The notes under the pieces: generated by a model
Databases searched by the model: none
What the model was told of the DNA's origin: nothing
Seen by the model: the letters and a program-made list of their open reading frames with translations, nothing else
Position numbers and translations under genes: made by a program
Assembly: GCA_963929435.1 (NCBI GenBank)
Contig: CAWVIV010000010.1
Location: 942 to 64,941 of the forward strand
From: an uncultured Bacilli bacterium
GTDB taxonomy: Bacteria > Bacillota_I > Bacilli_A > RF39 > UBA660
Reading direction: 5' to 3'
Length of the DNA stretch: 64,000 nucleotides
Shown here: positions 18,613 to 28,186 of the stretch, piece by piece
How positions within the stretch are numbered: position 1 is the stretch's first letter
Layout: the number at the start of each line of letters is the position of its first letter

Positions 18613-20275
18613 TTTGTACAATATCTTCTGTATCTTCTTTCATAGACTTTTGTAACTCTTCTACTTTTTTACCGTCTTTTAATATGTTAGACTTCTCTAT
18701 TGCTTCTAAAGTTTTAGTTAATTTAGTCATATCTTCTTTTATCCAATTGATAAGATCTAATGTGTTTTTTTCATATTCAATTATATCCCTTTGATAGTAA
18801 TAATCCATTTCTCTTATATCATCAGGAACATAATCAAATTGAGTAATACTTTTAAATTCTGTTTCTATAGAATTAATTTCTTTAGTTAGGGTATCTATTT
18901 TATCTGGTATACTTTGATTATTTTTCTTTAACAACTGCATTTTATTTATTGATTCTTGTAAATCATGCTTATATTGTTTAATTCTTTTTCTAAATATTAT
19001 TCTTTTAATGAAATTGCTAGAGCTTTCTTTAATCAAGTTATTAATATTTTCTTGATATTTTACTTCCTTATCAATTTTATTATTGTTATTTATTAATTCA
19101 GAATTATATTCATTTTGTTTTCGATATTTTTCTTTTCTATCATTAATTAATTCGTTAAGTTGGCCTTTTGATGCAATTATATTTTTGGTTATTTCTATTT
19201 TTTCTAACCTTTTATTATAATTATTTAATTGTTTTTCCTTTTCTAGTAATTCTTTTTTATTTTTATAATAAGTAAAACTTGTAATTACTTTAAGAATATC
19301 ATCATAAGATGTACATTTTTCTAATTTTATATCAAGTTCATTTTTATCCATATACATAATATCTTTACAACAGTTTAATAATAAATCATGATTGGGAAAT
19401 AATTCATTTGTTAATGTTTTATCTAAATATCTAATTATATATAAATGGTTAAGTATATCATCAAATGTTTTCTTATTATTAAAACTATTTTTTAAAAGAT
19501 TATATAATTTTCCTTCTAAATTGTCTAAAGTTATATTTTCTAATTTCTCACTTTGCATATATAGTTTTACTAATATAGTATATAGTCTCTCTATATTCTT
19601 ATAATTTGGCATAAGTTCTTTAAATATATCTTTGTAATAATCATCATTTATATAAGATTTACATTTACCAAGAAATAATGATAACTCATCAACATTTCTA
19701 TAAGGGGCATTTAAGTTTGATATTATATTATTTATTACTTCTTCTTTAGGTAAAGTTGTACCTATAATTTTTTCTTCTTCAATGTCTATATTATGAGTAA
19801 TTTCTTTTTGTAGTTTATCTTTTAATAGTTTTATATCTTCTATAGCAGTTACGTCATATTTGCTTTCCTTACTAGGTGGCTCATATAGATTTATTTTTAT
19901 TTTTCTAGAGTTTTCCTCATTACTATTAAACTTTTCTACAATATTTAGAGCATCTGTTATAAACTTAGCTTGACTATAACTTAACTTTCCATTATCTGGC
20001 ATAAAGATATTTAATTCAGAAGCAGCCGAAGCGATATAAGCATGGGATGGTCTAATAGCACCCCAGCCCTCTATTTGGTTATTAGGGTGAATTTCATTTT
20101 CTATATCTATTTGTATATTATCATGTGTCCTAATATCATCTCTAAGTACTTGGCTATAAAAAATAGACTGTTTATCTGTTATTACCCATAAGCCTCTTAT
20201 GCTTCTATTATTTTCACAATAATCAAAATAATCCTCTGCTTTTAATTTTAAACTTCTTTCATCTATTTTTTGCAT
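18557..20275 (-). CDS. Large hypothetical protein: N-terminal globular region of about 130 aa plus a long K/E/N-rich coiled-coil region
   Basis: A 575-aa uninterrupted ORF. The likely start is the fourth codon (ATG 20275), preceded by AAGGATGA. No catalytic motif recognised. Confidence 0.6.
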   Translation of the reverse strand: MQKIDERSLKLKAEDYFDYCENNRSIRGLWVITDKQSIFYSQVLRDDIRTHDNIQIDIENEIHPNNQIEGWGAIRPSHAYIASAASELNIFMPDNGKLSYSQAKFITDALNIVEKFNSNEENSRKIKINLYEPPSKESKYDVTAIEDIKLLKDKLQKEITHNIDIEEEKIIGTTLPKEEVINNIISNLNAPYRNVDELSLFLGKCKSYINDDYYKDIFKELMPNYKNIERLYTILVKLYMQSEKLENITLDNLEGKLYNLLKNSFNNKKTFDDILNHLYIIRYLDKTLTNELFPNHDLLLNCCKDIMYMDKNELDIKLEKCTSYDDILKVITSFTYYKNKKELLEKEKQLNNYNKRLEKIEITKNIIASKGQLNELINDRKEKYRKQNEYNSELINNNNKIDKEVKYQENINNLIKESSSNFIKRIIFRKRIKQYKHDLQESINKMQLLKKNNQSIPDKIDTLTKEINSIETEFKSITQFDYVPDDIREMDYYYQRDIIEYEKNTLDLINWIKEDMTKLTKTLEAIEKSNILKDGKKVEELQKSMKEDTEDIVQREDTLVVHEAPKSTTNSK

Positions 20276-20346
20276 AACTTTCATCCTTTATTTTTCTTAT
20301 CTTTAAGATATCATAAATATATTGTTATTTCAATTGTAAAGATAAC

Positions 20347-20373
20347 TAAAAAGACTCCATGTCCCGAGTCTTT
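20347..20373 (-). terminator. Intrinsic terminator after proS
   Basis: On the minus strand, stem AAAGACTC / GAGTCTTT is followed by TTTTAG. The upstream arm overlaps the proS stop codon. Confidence 0.55.
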
Positions 20374-21647
20374 TATAAATTCTTAAAGTAATCAACTATT
20401 TCAGATACCTTAACTGGATTAGTTGAATTATCTTTTATATCTTCAATAGAATAGTTTTCTCCGTCAAATTTATTTCCTAGTATAATCATTTTAGGAGTAC
20501 CTAGGACATATACATCATTAATTCTATTACCAATTGTTAGGTTTTCTCTATCATCAATAATAGCATTAATATTATTATCTGTTAATTCTTTATAAAGTTT
20601 TTCTGCTTTATCTTTATTGTTTTCATTGTAGATAATTTGTACTTTATAAGGAGCGATTTTATATGGTAGAGCGAAACCTTTAACTTTTTCATCTTTTCTA
20701 ATAACATTATTTTCTATTATACAGGCGATTATTCTACCTAATCCTATTCCATAACATCCCATATAATAAGGTTTATTATTACCATTTTCATCAGTATAGA
20801 ATAACTTCATACTTTCTGAATATTTTGTTCCTAATTGGAAGTTATTACCTAATTCTACTGCTTGATATTCTTTTAATTTACTAGTATCAGTAATATTTAA
20901 TTGTTTTAAGTATTCATCTTTATTATCAAATTCTAATACTTCTTTATTAATACCTAGGTTTTGTTCTTCATCATATAGGACGGTATCCTCTCCAAGTTTA
21001 GTTGCTACTTGAAACTCTTCAGCAACACTTCCCCCTATGACACCATTATCACTTACTGTAGGCATAATTTTAATACCTAGTCTTTTAAAGATATTTAGAT
21101 AAGCTTCATGCATTAGGTCATATGTTTTCTTCATATCTTCTTCTGTTTTATCAAAAGAATAAGCATCCATCATGACAAATGTTCTTGGTCTAAATAGATA
21201 ACCTCTTGTTCTAATTTCTTTTCTAAACTTTTCGCCTATTTGATAATATATAGCAGGTAAGTTTTTATATGAAGGAAGTCTATTGGCACCAAATAAAGTT
21301 GCACACTCTTCTGCTGTTGGGGCAAGGCCGTATTCTCCTAGATTATTATCTAAGGTGAACATAATATCTCCTTCTTTAGTATACATATCCCATCTATTAG
21401 ATTGTTCCCATATTTTCTTTGGTTGTAGTTTTGGGAACTCTACTTGAACACAACCTACTTTATCTAATTCTTCAATAATAATATTTTCAACAATTCGCTC
21501 TAATTTAGTCCAAAGATTTCCATATCCATAAATACCACTTTCATATTGGTATAGTTCTCCTAATTTCATTAAGATATCTTGGCCTGAATAATTTTTATCA
21601 ATATCATTTAAGTTAATCTTTTTAATATTTAATCTACTAAGTCTCAT
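20373..21647 (-). CDS. proS: Prolyl-tRNA synthetase, bacterial-type catalytic core without the INS editing domain
   Basis: 424 aa from ATG 21647 (GAGGAAAG RBS). It has class II motifs (FRKEIRTRGYLFRPRTFVMMDAYSF; GCYGIGLGRI) and a C-terminal anticodon-binding domain. The segment between EFQV and the motif 3 region is only about 60 aa. Confidence 0.8.
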   Translation of the reverse strand: MRLSRLNIKKINLNDIDKNYSGQDILMKLGELYQYESGIYGYGNLWTKLERIVENIIIEELDKVGCVQVEFPKLQPKKIWEQSNRWDMYTKEGDIMFTLDNNLGEYGLAPTAEECATLFGANRLPSYKNLPAIYYQIGEKFRKEIRTRGYLFRPRTFVMMDAYSFDKTEEDMKKTYDLMHEAYLNIFKRLGIKIMPTVSDNGVIGGSVAEEFQVATKLGEDTVLYDEEQNLGINKEVLEFDNKDEYLKQLNITDTSKLKEYQAVELGNNFQLGTKYSESMKLFYTDENGNNKPYYMGCYGIGLGRIIACIIENNVIRKDEKVKGFALPYKIAPYKVQIIYNENNKDKAEKLYKELTDNNINAIIDDRENLTIGNRINDVYVLGTPKMIILGNKFDGENYSIEDIKDNSTNPVKVSEIVDYFKNL

Positions 21648-21767
21648 ACTCTTTCCTCTTTTCTTTAATGATATTATATGTGTATTTTCCTTGTACGTCA
21701 AATTAAAGTTTAAAAGATGCTAGCATAAACTAACATCTTTAGCTTTTTCCACAGAGCCTGTGGATTT

Positions 21768-22838
21768 CTAGTTATTAGATTCTTTAATGTATTTTAACTC
21801 TCCCATACGAGATGTTGGAATAAAGCCAGCTTCACTTGCAATTACATCAGGAATTCTATTAACAATAGCAGAACAAGTTAATCTTACAGTATCTGGTTTT
21901 TCAATTACTAAAGTTGTATCTGGTTCACCATAGATTGTCCAAACATTCTTATCAAACTCATCTTTATTGTAAACTTTACCAATACATTCTGTCTCTAAAG
22001 TAATTCCTTCTTTTGTTTCTGTTGTAACAACGGCACTCATTCCTGTAGCCATACCTGCTTTAACTGTCATTCCTAAAGTAGATGATTCAATATCATAATC
22101 ATTAAACTGAGGAACACATTTTTGTCTTTGACTTACTACGGTTAAACCTAGTTTGTCACAAAGCCAACCGTTAACGTTCCACATATATGATGGAGAGTAA
22201 GTTCCACTTTCTATTACTTTTCTTCTTTCTTCATCACTTATCTCATCGGCACTTGCTACTTGTTGTTCAAACTCTTCTTTTGTAAGTCCTGCTCCATGGG
22301 CTTTAGCAAGAGCAATACCATAGTCTTCTACATTATAAGAAGAGCTTCCTTTTATCTTAGTGATATTATGACTTGAACCTATTAGAGTAGTAATTAAATT
22401 ACCCCAGAAAGCATCTTGATAACCGCTACCTGTAATTGTACAATTATTTTCTTTAGCAAGTTTATCAATCTTTTCGGTTAAAGTAGGGTTAGAGTTCATT
22501 GGATAAAATGCTTCTTCACAAGTAGTAATAGCATTAATTCCACATTTTGCACATAGCATTAAAGGCTCTTCTAAATCTGATAGTAGGCTCATAGTAGTAA
22601 CAATGACACAGTCAGGTTTTAATTCTGTTAATAACTTTTCCGCATTTTTAGCATCTTCAACAACAACACCAGTATTAGCTGTTCCCATGATTTCACCGAT
22701 ATCTTTTCCTATAACTGCAGGATTGATATCAACTGAACCTACAATTGTACCTCCATTATCTATGACATATTTCATAGTATAAACACTCATTTTTCCACAA
22801 CCATATTGGAATATTCTTAATCCTTTCATTTTTGCCAT
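21768..22838 (-). CDS. DapB-N-like NAD(P)-binding oxidoreductase (2,4-diaminopentanoate/amine dehydrogenase-like family)
   Basis: 356 aa. The N-terminal Rossmann motif is RIFQYGCGKMSVYTMKY. The family assignment is from memory of similar clostridial proteins and is not verified. Confidence 0.45.
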   Translation of the reverse strand: MAKMKGLRIFQYGCGKMSVYTMKYVIDNGGTIVGSVDINPAVIGKDIGEIMGTANTGVVVEDAKNAEKLLTELKPDCVIVTTMSLLSDLEEPLMLCAKCGINAITTCEEAFYPMNSNPTLTEKIDKLAKENNCTITGSGYQDAFWGNLITTLIGSSHNITKIKGSSSYNVEDYGIALAKAHGAGLTKEEFEQQVASADEISDEERRKVIESGTYSPSYMWNVNGWLCDKLGLTVVSQRQKCVPQFNDYDIESSTLGMTVKAGMATGMSAVVTTETKEGITLETECIGKVYNKDEFDKNVWTIYGEPDTTLVIEKPDTVRLTCSAIVNRIPDVIASEAGFIPTSRMGELKYIKESNN

Positions 22839-22991
22839 CCTTTCTATATATTCATTATAACATTTTAACTATACTTAAATATGTAATTTACAAAAAAAGT
22901 TATACTTTTTAGCATAACTTTACAGTTTTGTTAATATATATCACTAGTCATTCTTTGCTTTAGCATCTATTGTTCTTAATATGTTTTTTAG

Positions 22992-23684
22992 TTATCTAAT
23001 TATTTTATATTTTAACCATATATAAGAGTCTTCTAATTTATTACACTCAATTAATTGTAAGGCTTTCAACTTATTTAATTCATTTACTGTACTAATAGCA
23101 TCGCCATCTATTAATGTCGAAGTATCTCTACCTCCTACTAATAATGGAGCAATTACAACATTAACATAGTCAATTAAATCTTCTCGTAAGAATTTTCCAT
23201 TTAAATTTCCACCAGATTGGATTGTTATTTTTTCAGCATTATATTTTTGTTTCATATCAGTTAATAAAGTTTTTAAATCTAAAACTTCATAATAAAGAAT
23301 ATCTAAGTTTTCATACTTTTCTTTTAAGGAAAAAGCTATATGATTTTTATTTGTAGTTACTAATATTAACTTTTCTACCCAATTACATAGATAATCAATC
23401 CCATGCTCATTTAAATGAGGTTTGTTGTCAATAATTATAAAACTGACATCTACTTTCTCGTGATATTCTTTTCTATCATTAACGCCAATTTTAGCCATTA
23501 CTCTACCAGTGTTTAAAGAATAATAATCTGTTGTTGCTTCTATTTCATAATATTGATGTAGTCCTTCTTTTACACCTTCAATTTGACACCAATCTTTATC
23601 AGCATCTAAATTATCACTATTTCCACTATTTATTTTTCCATCTAATGATTCTAGCATAAATAGCGTAGTTATTGGTCTTTCCAT
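22992..23684 (-). CDS. RibD C-terminal domain / dihydrofolate-reductase-like protein
   Basis: 230 aa. FMLESLDGKINSG near the N-terminus and the C-terminal IQSGGNLNGKFLREDLIDYVNVVIAPLLVGG pattern fit this fold. Confidence 0.55.
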   Translation of the reverse strand: MERPITTLFMLESLDGKINSGNSDNLDADKDWCQIEGVKEGLHQYYEIEATTDYYSLNTGRVMAKIGVNDRKEYHEKVDVSFIIIDNKPHLNEHGIDYLCNWVEKLILVTTNKNHIAFSLKEKYENLDILYYEVLDLKTLLTDMKQKYNAEKITIQSGGNLNGKFLREDLIDYVNVVIAPLLVGGRDTSTLIDGDAISTVNELNKLKALQLIECNKLEDSYIWLKYKIIR

Positions 23685-23730
23685 TTTTCTCCTTTAATGT
23701 AATTTTACAAAATACTTATAGAATAAAGCT

Positions 23731-26229
23731 TTATTTATTTTTTCCACAACATTGTTTATATTTCTTACCACTTCCACAAGGACAAGGGTCATTTCTACCT
23801 ACTTTTTTAACTTTCTTAGGTGTTTTCTTTGTATCTTTAACATCATTAGTCTGCCCGTTTTTAGCAACTTGTTTTCTTTCAATATTTTGTCTAATTTCTG
23901 CTTTTAGTAAGAATACTGTTATATCTCTATCTATTTTTTGAAGCATATCATCAAATAGTCCATAACCTTCTGTAGTATAAGCTCTTAGAGGGTCATCTTG
24001 TCCATACTGACGAAGGTAAATTCCTTCTCTTAAATGAGACATAACATTAATTTGTTCCATCCAGTAATTATCTATAACTTGTAGAGATAAAGCTTTTTCA
24101 AACTCATTACTAATTTCTACTGGTACTTCTTTAATCTTAGCTTCATATTCACCTTTAGCTTTTTCATAAAGATACTCTATAATATCATCTGCATCTCTAT
24201 TTTCAAGTTCTACTTTACTTATGTCATTTTTAAGTAGGTTCTCATTAGCAAAGTCGGTAATACTTTGTAACTCTTCATCTGTTATATGACTATCAGCATT
24301 TCTAGATTTAACTAAATCTGTAATATGATTATGAATAGAGTTTAATACTGTTTCATGAATAGACTCACTATCTAAGATTTCATTACGTTTGCCATACATT
24401 ATTTCTCTTTGAGTATTCATAACATCATCATATTGTAGCAAATGCTTTCTGGCATCAAAGTTATTTCCTTCTACACGTTTTTGAGCAGTACTTATAGCTT
24501 TTGTAAAGGTCTTACTTTGAATAGCTTGGTCTCCAAAGCCAAAGCTCTTCATCATTTCTCTAATATGTTCACTACCAAATCTAATCATTAAGTCATCTTC
24601 CATAGAGACAAAGAATTGGGTATAACCTGGGTCTCCTTGACGTCCAGAACGACCTCTTAACTGGTTATCGATACGACGTGATTCATGACGTTCTGTACCT
24701 ATTACACAAAGACCACCTAATTCTCTTATTTCATCTGATAATTTGATATCAGTACCACGACCGGCCATGTTAGTAGCGATAGTTACAGAACGATGTTCAC
24801 CAATCTTAGAGATAATTTCAGCTTCACGAGCATGGTTCTTAGCATTTAATATTTCATGAGGTATATGTGCTTTCTTTAATAAGTCACTGATTAATTCACT
24901 TGTTTCAATAGCAATAGTACCAATTAAGACAGGTTGTCCTTTATCATAACGAGATTTTACCTCATTTATAATTGCTTTATATTTAGCACTACGTGTTGCA
25001 AAAACTAAATCTGGAGCATCTACTCTTATAACAGGTTTATTAGTAGGTATTTCAATAACATACATATTATAGATATCTCTAAACTCTTCTTCTTCTGTTT
25101 TAGCAGTACCAGTCATACCTGCTAGTTTCTTATACATTCTGAATAAGTTTTGGAATGTAATAGTAGCAAGTGTTTTAGTTTCTTGATTAATATGAACTCC
25201 TTCTTTAGCTTCTATTGCTTGATGTAATCCATCACTATAAGCTCTTCCTTTCATTAAACGTCCCGTAAATTGGTCTACTATTACGATTTCATCATCTTGA
25301 ACAACGTAGTCTACATCTTTTTTCATAGCATAGTTAGCACGTAAAGCTTGATTAATATAATGTAGTAAAGTGGCATTTTCTATTTCATATAGATTTTTAA
25401 TCTTAAACATTTTCTCTGCTTTTTCACTACCAGCATCTGTTAGGGAAACACTAATTGTACTTTTACCTGTTTCATCGCAGATATAATCTTCTTCCTCTTT
25501 TAAAGACTTTGCAAATTTATCAGCATCTATATATAGGTTGGCACTATGCTGTGCTCCTCCTGATATGATTAATGGAGTTCTTGCTTCATCGATTAGAATA
25601 GAGTCAACCTCATCGACAATAGCAAAGTTTAGAGGGCGTTGTACCCTATTTTCTTTTCTAATTACCATGTTATCTCTTAAGTAATCAAAACCAATTTCAT
25701 TATTAGTAGAGTATAGAATATCACAGTTATAAGCTTCTTGTTTTTCTTTTGGAGACATATCTCTTGTATTAACACCTACAGTTAAACCAAGAAAACGATG
25801 TATTCCTCCCATCCATTCAGCATCACGAGTTGCAAGATATTCATTGACTGTAATTATATGAACTCCTTTACCTTCTAAGGCATTAAGATAAGCAGGTAAT
25901 ACACAAGTTAGGGTTTTACCTTCACCTGTTTTCATCTCGGCAATATTACCATAATGAATTGCTAAAGCACCTAATACTTGAACATAGAAAGGTTTCTCTC
26001 CTATTACACGATATGCTGCTTCTCTTGCAACAGCGAAGGCTTCAACTAAAATGTCTTCTAAAGTTTCTCCATTAGCTAGTCTTTCTTTAAATTCTTCTGT
26101 TTTATGTTTTAATTCGTCATCAGATAGTTTAGTCATCTCTTCATCAAGAGCGACAATTTTATCTGCTTGTACTGTAAACTTTTTTAATTCTTTATATTCA
26201 TGATCAAATAGTTTTCTAAATAATCCCAT
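23731..26229 (-). CDS. secA: Preprotein translocase ATPase SecA
   Basis: Has MKTGEGKTL, DEVDSILIDEARTPLIISG, TNMAGRGTDIKL and the C-terminal zinc motif CPCGSGKKYKQCCG. The start was chosen at ATG 26229 from AAGGAG spacing. Confidence 0.95.
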   Translation of the reverse strand: MGLFRKLFDHEYKELKKFTVQADKIVALDEEMTKLSDDELKHKTEEFKERLANGETLEDILVEAFAVAREAAYRVIGEKPFYVQVLGALAIHYGNIAEMKTGEGKTLTCVLPAYLNALEGKGVHIITVNEYLATRDAEWMGGIHRFLGLTVGVNTRDMSPKEKQEAYNCDILYSTNNEIGFDYLRDNMVIRKENRVQRPLNFAIVDEVDSILIDEARTPLIISGGAQHSANLYIDADKFAKSLKEEEDYICDETGKSTISVSLTDAGSEKAEKMFKIKNLYEIENATLLHYINQALRANYAMKKDVDYVVQDDEIVIVDQFTGRLMKGRAYSDGLHQAIEAKEGVHINQETKTLATITFQNLFRMYKKLAGMTGTAKTEEEEFRDIYNMYVIEIPTNKPVIRVDAPDLVFATRSAKYKAIINEVKSRYDKGQPVLIGTIAIETSELISDLLKKAHIPHEILNAKNHAREAEIISKIGEHRSVTIATNMAGRGTDIKLSDEIRELGGLCVIGTERHESRRIDNQLRGRSGRQGDPGYTQFFVSMEDDLMIRFGSEHIREMMKSFGFGDQAIQSKTFTKAISTAQKRVEGNNFDARKHLLQYDDVMNTQREIMYGKRNEILDSESIHETVLNSIHNHITDLVKSRNADSHITDEELQSITDFANENLLKNDISKVELENRDADDIIEYLYEKAKGEYEAKIKEVPVEISNEFEKALSLQVIDNYWMEQINVMSHLREGIYLRQYGQDDPLRAYTTEGYGLFDDMLQKIDRDITVFLLKAEIRQNIERKQVAKNGQTNDVKDTKKTPKKVKKVGRNDPCPCGSGKKYKQCCGKNK

Positions 26230-26302
26230 TATAAACATCTCCTTGCATAATGTATTTTATCAGAAAATTAAGATAATAAAAAGGTTTTAGGGGTATTTTG
26301 TC

Positions 26303-26335
26303 AAAAAAAGAATGATATTTTTCATATCATCCTCA
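26303..26335 (-). terminator. Intrinsic terminator after hpf
   Basis: On the minus strand, stem GATGATAT / ATATCATT(C) is followed by T7. Confidence 0.6.
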
Positions 26336-26345
26336 TTTTTTATCT

Positions 26346-26873
26346 TTACTCGGCTTCTATTATACCGTAGCCACCATTTTTTCTTTTATATACCACTGCT
26401 TCTTTATCAGTGTCAACGTTTTTAAATAAATAAAATTCATGACCTAGTAATTCTAATTGAAGAATAGCTTCTTCTTCATCCATTGGTTTTACTTCTATTT
26501 TTTTGTGTTTAATAGTATTGTTTTCTTCATGCTCTTCTTCTTCAATATCTACAATACTAAAGTCAATTCTAGTTTTAGCTTCTTTAGCTTTTATCTTAGT
26601 CTTATTCTTTCTTATTTGACGCTCTATAACATCTATAGCTTTATCAACAGATGCATAGAAGTCATCTTGAGTCTCTTCAGACCTAATAATAAAATTGTGA
26701 AGTGGAATAGTAATTTCGACAGTTTGCATGTGTCCTTTAACTTTTACTACTACGTTAGCACGTACACTATCACTATTTTCTAGATATTTCTCTAGTCTTT
26801 TCAATTTCTCATTAATGTAGTCTTTCATAGCAGCAGTTACTTCAATTTTGTCACCACGAATAATTATTTCCAT
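26346..26873 (-). CDS. hpf: Ribosome hibernation promoting factor (long form)
   Basis: MEIIIRGDKIEVTAAMKDYINEKL... plus a C-terminal dimerisation domain (..KPMDEEEAILQLELLGHEFYLFKN). It sits upstream of secA, as in many Firmicutes. Confidence 0.85.
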   Translation of the reverse strand: MEIIIRGDKIEVTAAMKDYINEKLKRLEKYLENSDSVRANVVVKVKGHMQTVEITIPLHNFIIRSEETQDDFYASVDKAIDVIERQIRKNKTKIKAKEAKTRIDFSIVDIEEEEHEENNTIKHKKIEVKPMDEEEAILQLELLGHEFYLFKNVDTDKEAVVYKRKNGGYGIIEAE

Positions 26874-26923
26874 ATTATCACCTTCCTTAATATTAATATA
26901 CCATAAAAGGAGCAAAAAACCAA

Positions 26924-27142
26924 CTATTTTGCTAAAGCTGGTTCTTTTATTGGTGTAACATCGACTGCTTGATATCCCTTGCTAGTTTCAAGTAATGTAA
27001 ATTCTACATATTGACCTTCAGACAAAGTTTTATAACCGTCACAATTAATAGTTGAATAATGAACGAAAATATCTTCGTTTTCTTTGTACTCGATAAATCC
27101 GTAGCCTTTTTCATTATTAAACCACTTTACTTTTCCAATCAC
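26924..27142 (-). CDS. Cold-shock protein (CspA family)
   Basis: (V)IGKVKWFNNEKGYGFI and DIFVHYS are the RNP1 and RNP2 motifs. A GTG start follows a GGAGGTGA RBS. Confidence 0.85.
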   Translation of the reverse strand: MIGKVKWFNNEKGYGFIEYKENEDIFVHYSTINCDGYKTLSEGQYVEFTLLETSKGYQAVDVTPIKEPALAK

Positions 27143-27395
27143 TAGGCTCACCTCCACATCTTTCTATTCCTTCTTAGATGGCTACTTCTTTTTCAAACGA
27201 TGTGAGTCCATTATAGCAACTGTTATAAGAATATTTAGAAAATTGCCGTCAATTGTTATTATGAGGCCTTAAATTGTATTTTTAATGAAAAAGTATGTCG
27301 AAATATATTTAAAAAGCTCATATTATGTATTTTATGGAAAATTTATATTTAAAAATATTATAGAGATATAATATTTATAGCATAGGAGGAATGGT

Positions 27396-27989
27396 ATGAA
27401 AGAAGCATTTTTAAATCATACTATGAACTTTATTGCTAGTAATCAAGAAAACTTAAACGAAGAAGAAAGAGAAAAATTACAATATGGTTTAGAAGGGTTA
27501 TATATGACTATAACTAAGCTTGTAGTAATCTTTCTGATAGCTTTCCTTCTGGGGTTTATTAAAGAATTTATTATTGCCTTGATACTCTTTAATATTCTAA
27601 GGTTTCCTGGTTTTGGATTCCATGCAAGTAAGTCTATAGTTTGTTTAATAACAAGTACACTTTTAATTTTAGGATTACCTTATTTATTTACCAATATTGA
27701 GGTCGGTCTTACTATTAAAATAGTTCTATGTATAATTTCAGTTATAACATTTATAATTTGTGCTCCTGCTGACACCTGGAAAAGACCTTTAACTAATAAG
27801 AAAAAAAGAATAATTAGAAAGGTATCTGCTTGTAGTTTGGCAATTATATACAGCATACTTATTATAGTGTTTAATGGTATGGAAATTAGTAATTTATTAA
27901 TGGCAGCTTTACTTATTGAAACAATATTAATATCTCCTATTATGTATTTAATATTTAAAGAATCATATAGAAATTATAAGAGGGTTTAA
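27396..27989 (+). CDS. agrB: AgrB-type accessory gene regulator B (AIP-processing membrane peptidase)
   Basis: 197-aa multi-TM protein with FPGFGFHASKSIVC, giving His and Cys 7 residues apart as in the AgrB catalytic dyad. AGGAGG RBS. Confidence 0.8.
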   Translation: MKEAFLNHTMNFIASNQENLNEEEREKLQYGLEGLYMTITKLVVIFLIAFLLGFIKEFIIALILFNILRFPGFGFHASKSIVCLITSTLLILGLPYLFTNIEVGLTIKIVLCIISVITFIICAPADTWKRPLTNKKKRIIRKVSACSLAIIYSILIIVFNGMEISNLLMAALLIETILISPIMYLIFKESYRNYKRV

Positions 27990-28039
27990 ACATGTATAAT
28001 GTTTAAATAAATAGTAGTAAAGAAAGGAATGAAAAGGGA

Positions 28040-28159
28040 ATGAAAAAAAGAATGGCTAAAGTTCTAGCAGCTGTTGCTATGTTAGCTACTGCAAGTGCTA
28101 GTATGGGATGTGTTTGGTTCTGTGCAGCTGAACCAAAAGCATTAAAAAATATGGATTAA
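28040..28159 (+). CDS. agrD: AgrD-like autoinducing peptide precursor (39 aa, not in the ORF track)
   Basis: MKKRMAKVLAAVAMLATASASMGCVWFCAAEPKALKNMD has an amphipathic leader, a Cys-containing core and a charged E-P tail. It starts 50 nt after agrB and is followed by a terminator. Confidence 0.65.
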   Translation: MKKRMAKVLAAVAMLATASASMGCVWFCAAEPKALKNMD

Positions 28160-28160
28160 A

Positions 28161-28186
28161 AATTCGTTGAAAGACGAATTTTTTAT
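28161..28186. terminator. Bidirectional hairpin between agrD and the convergent kinase gene
   Basis: Stem AATTCGT / ACGAATT with loop TGAAAG, with T-runs on both strands. Confidence 0.65.

Noticed and set aside
21648-21767. T-box leaders upstream of proS (and of argS at 53086-53097).
   Set aside because: The intergenic regions are far too short (about 120 nt including the upstream gene's terminator, and 12 nt) to hold a T-box. No specifier or T-box sequence was seen.
27158-27395. Candidate LytTR/AgrA boxes AACTGTTATAA (27218) and AATTGTTATTA (27251) upstream of agrB.
   Set aside because: The start-to-start spacing is 33 bp rather than the canonical about 21 bp. The motif is AT-rich and short, so it is not distinguishable from chance by eye.
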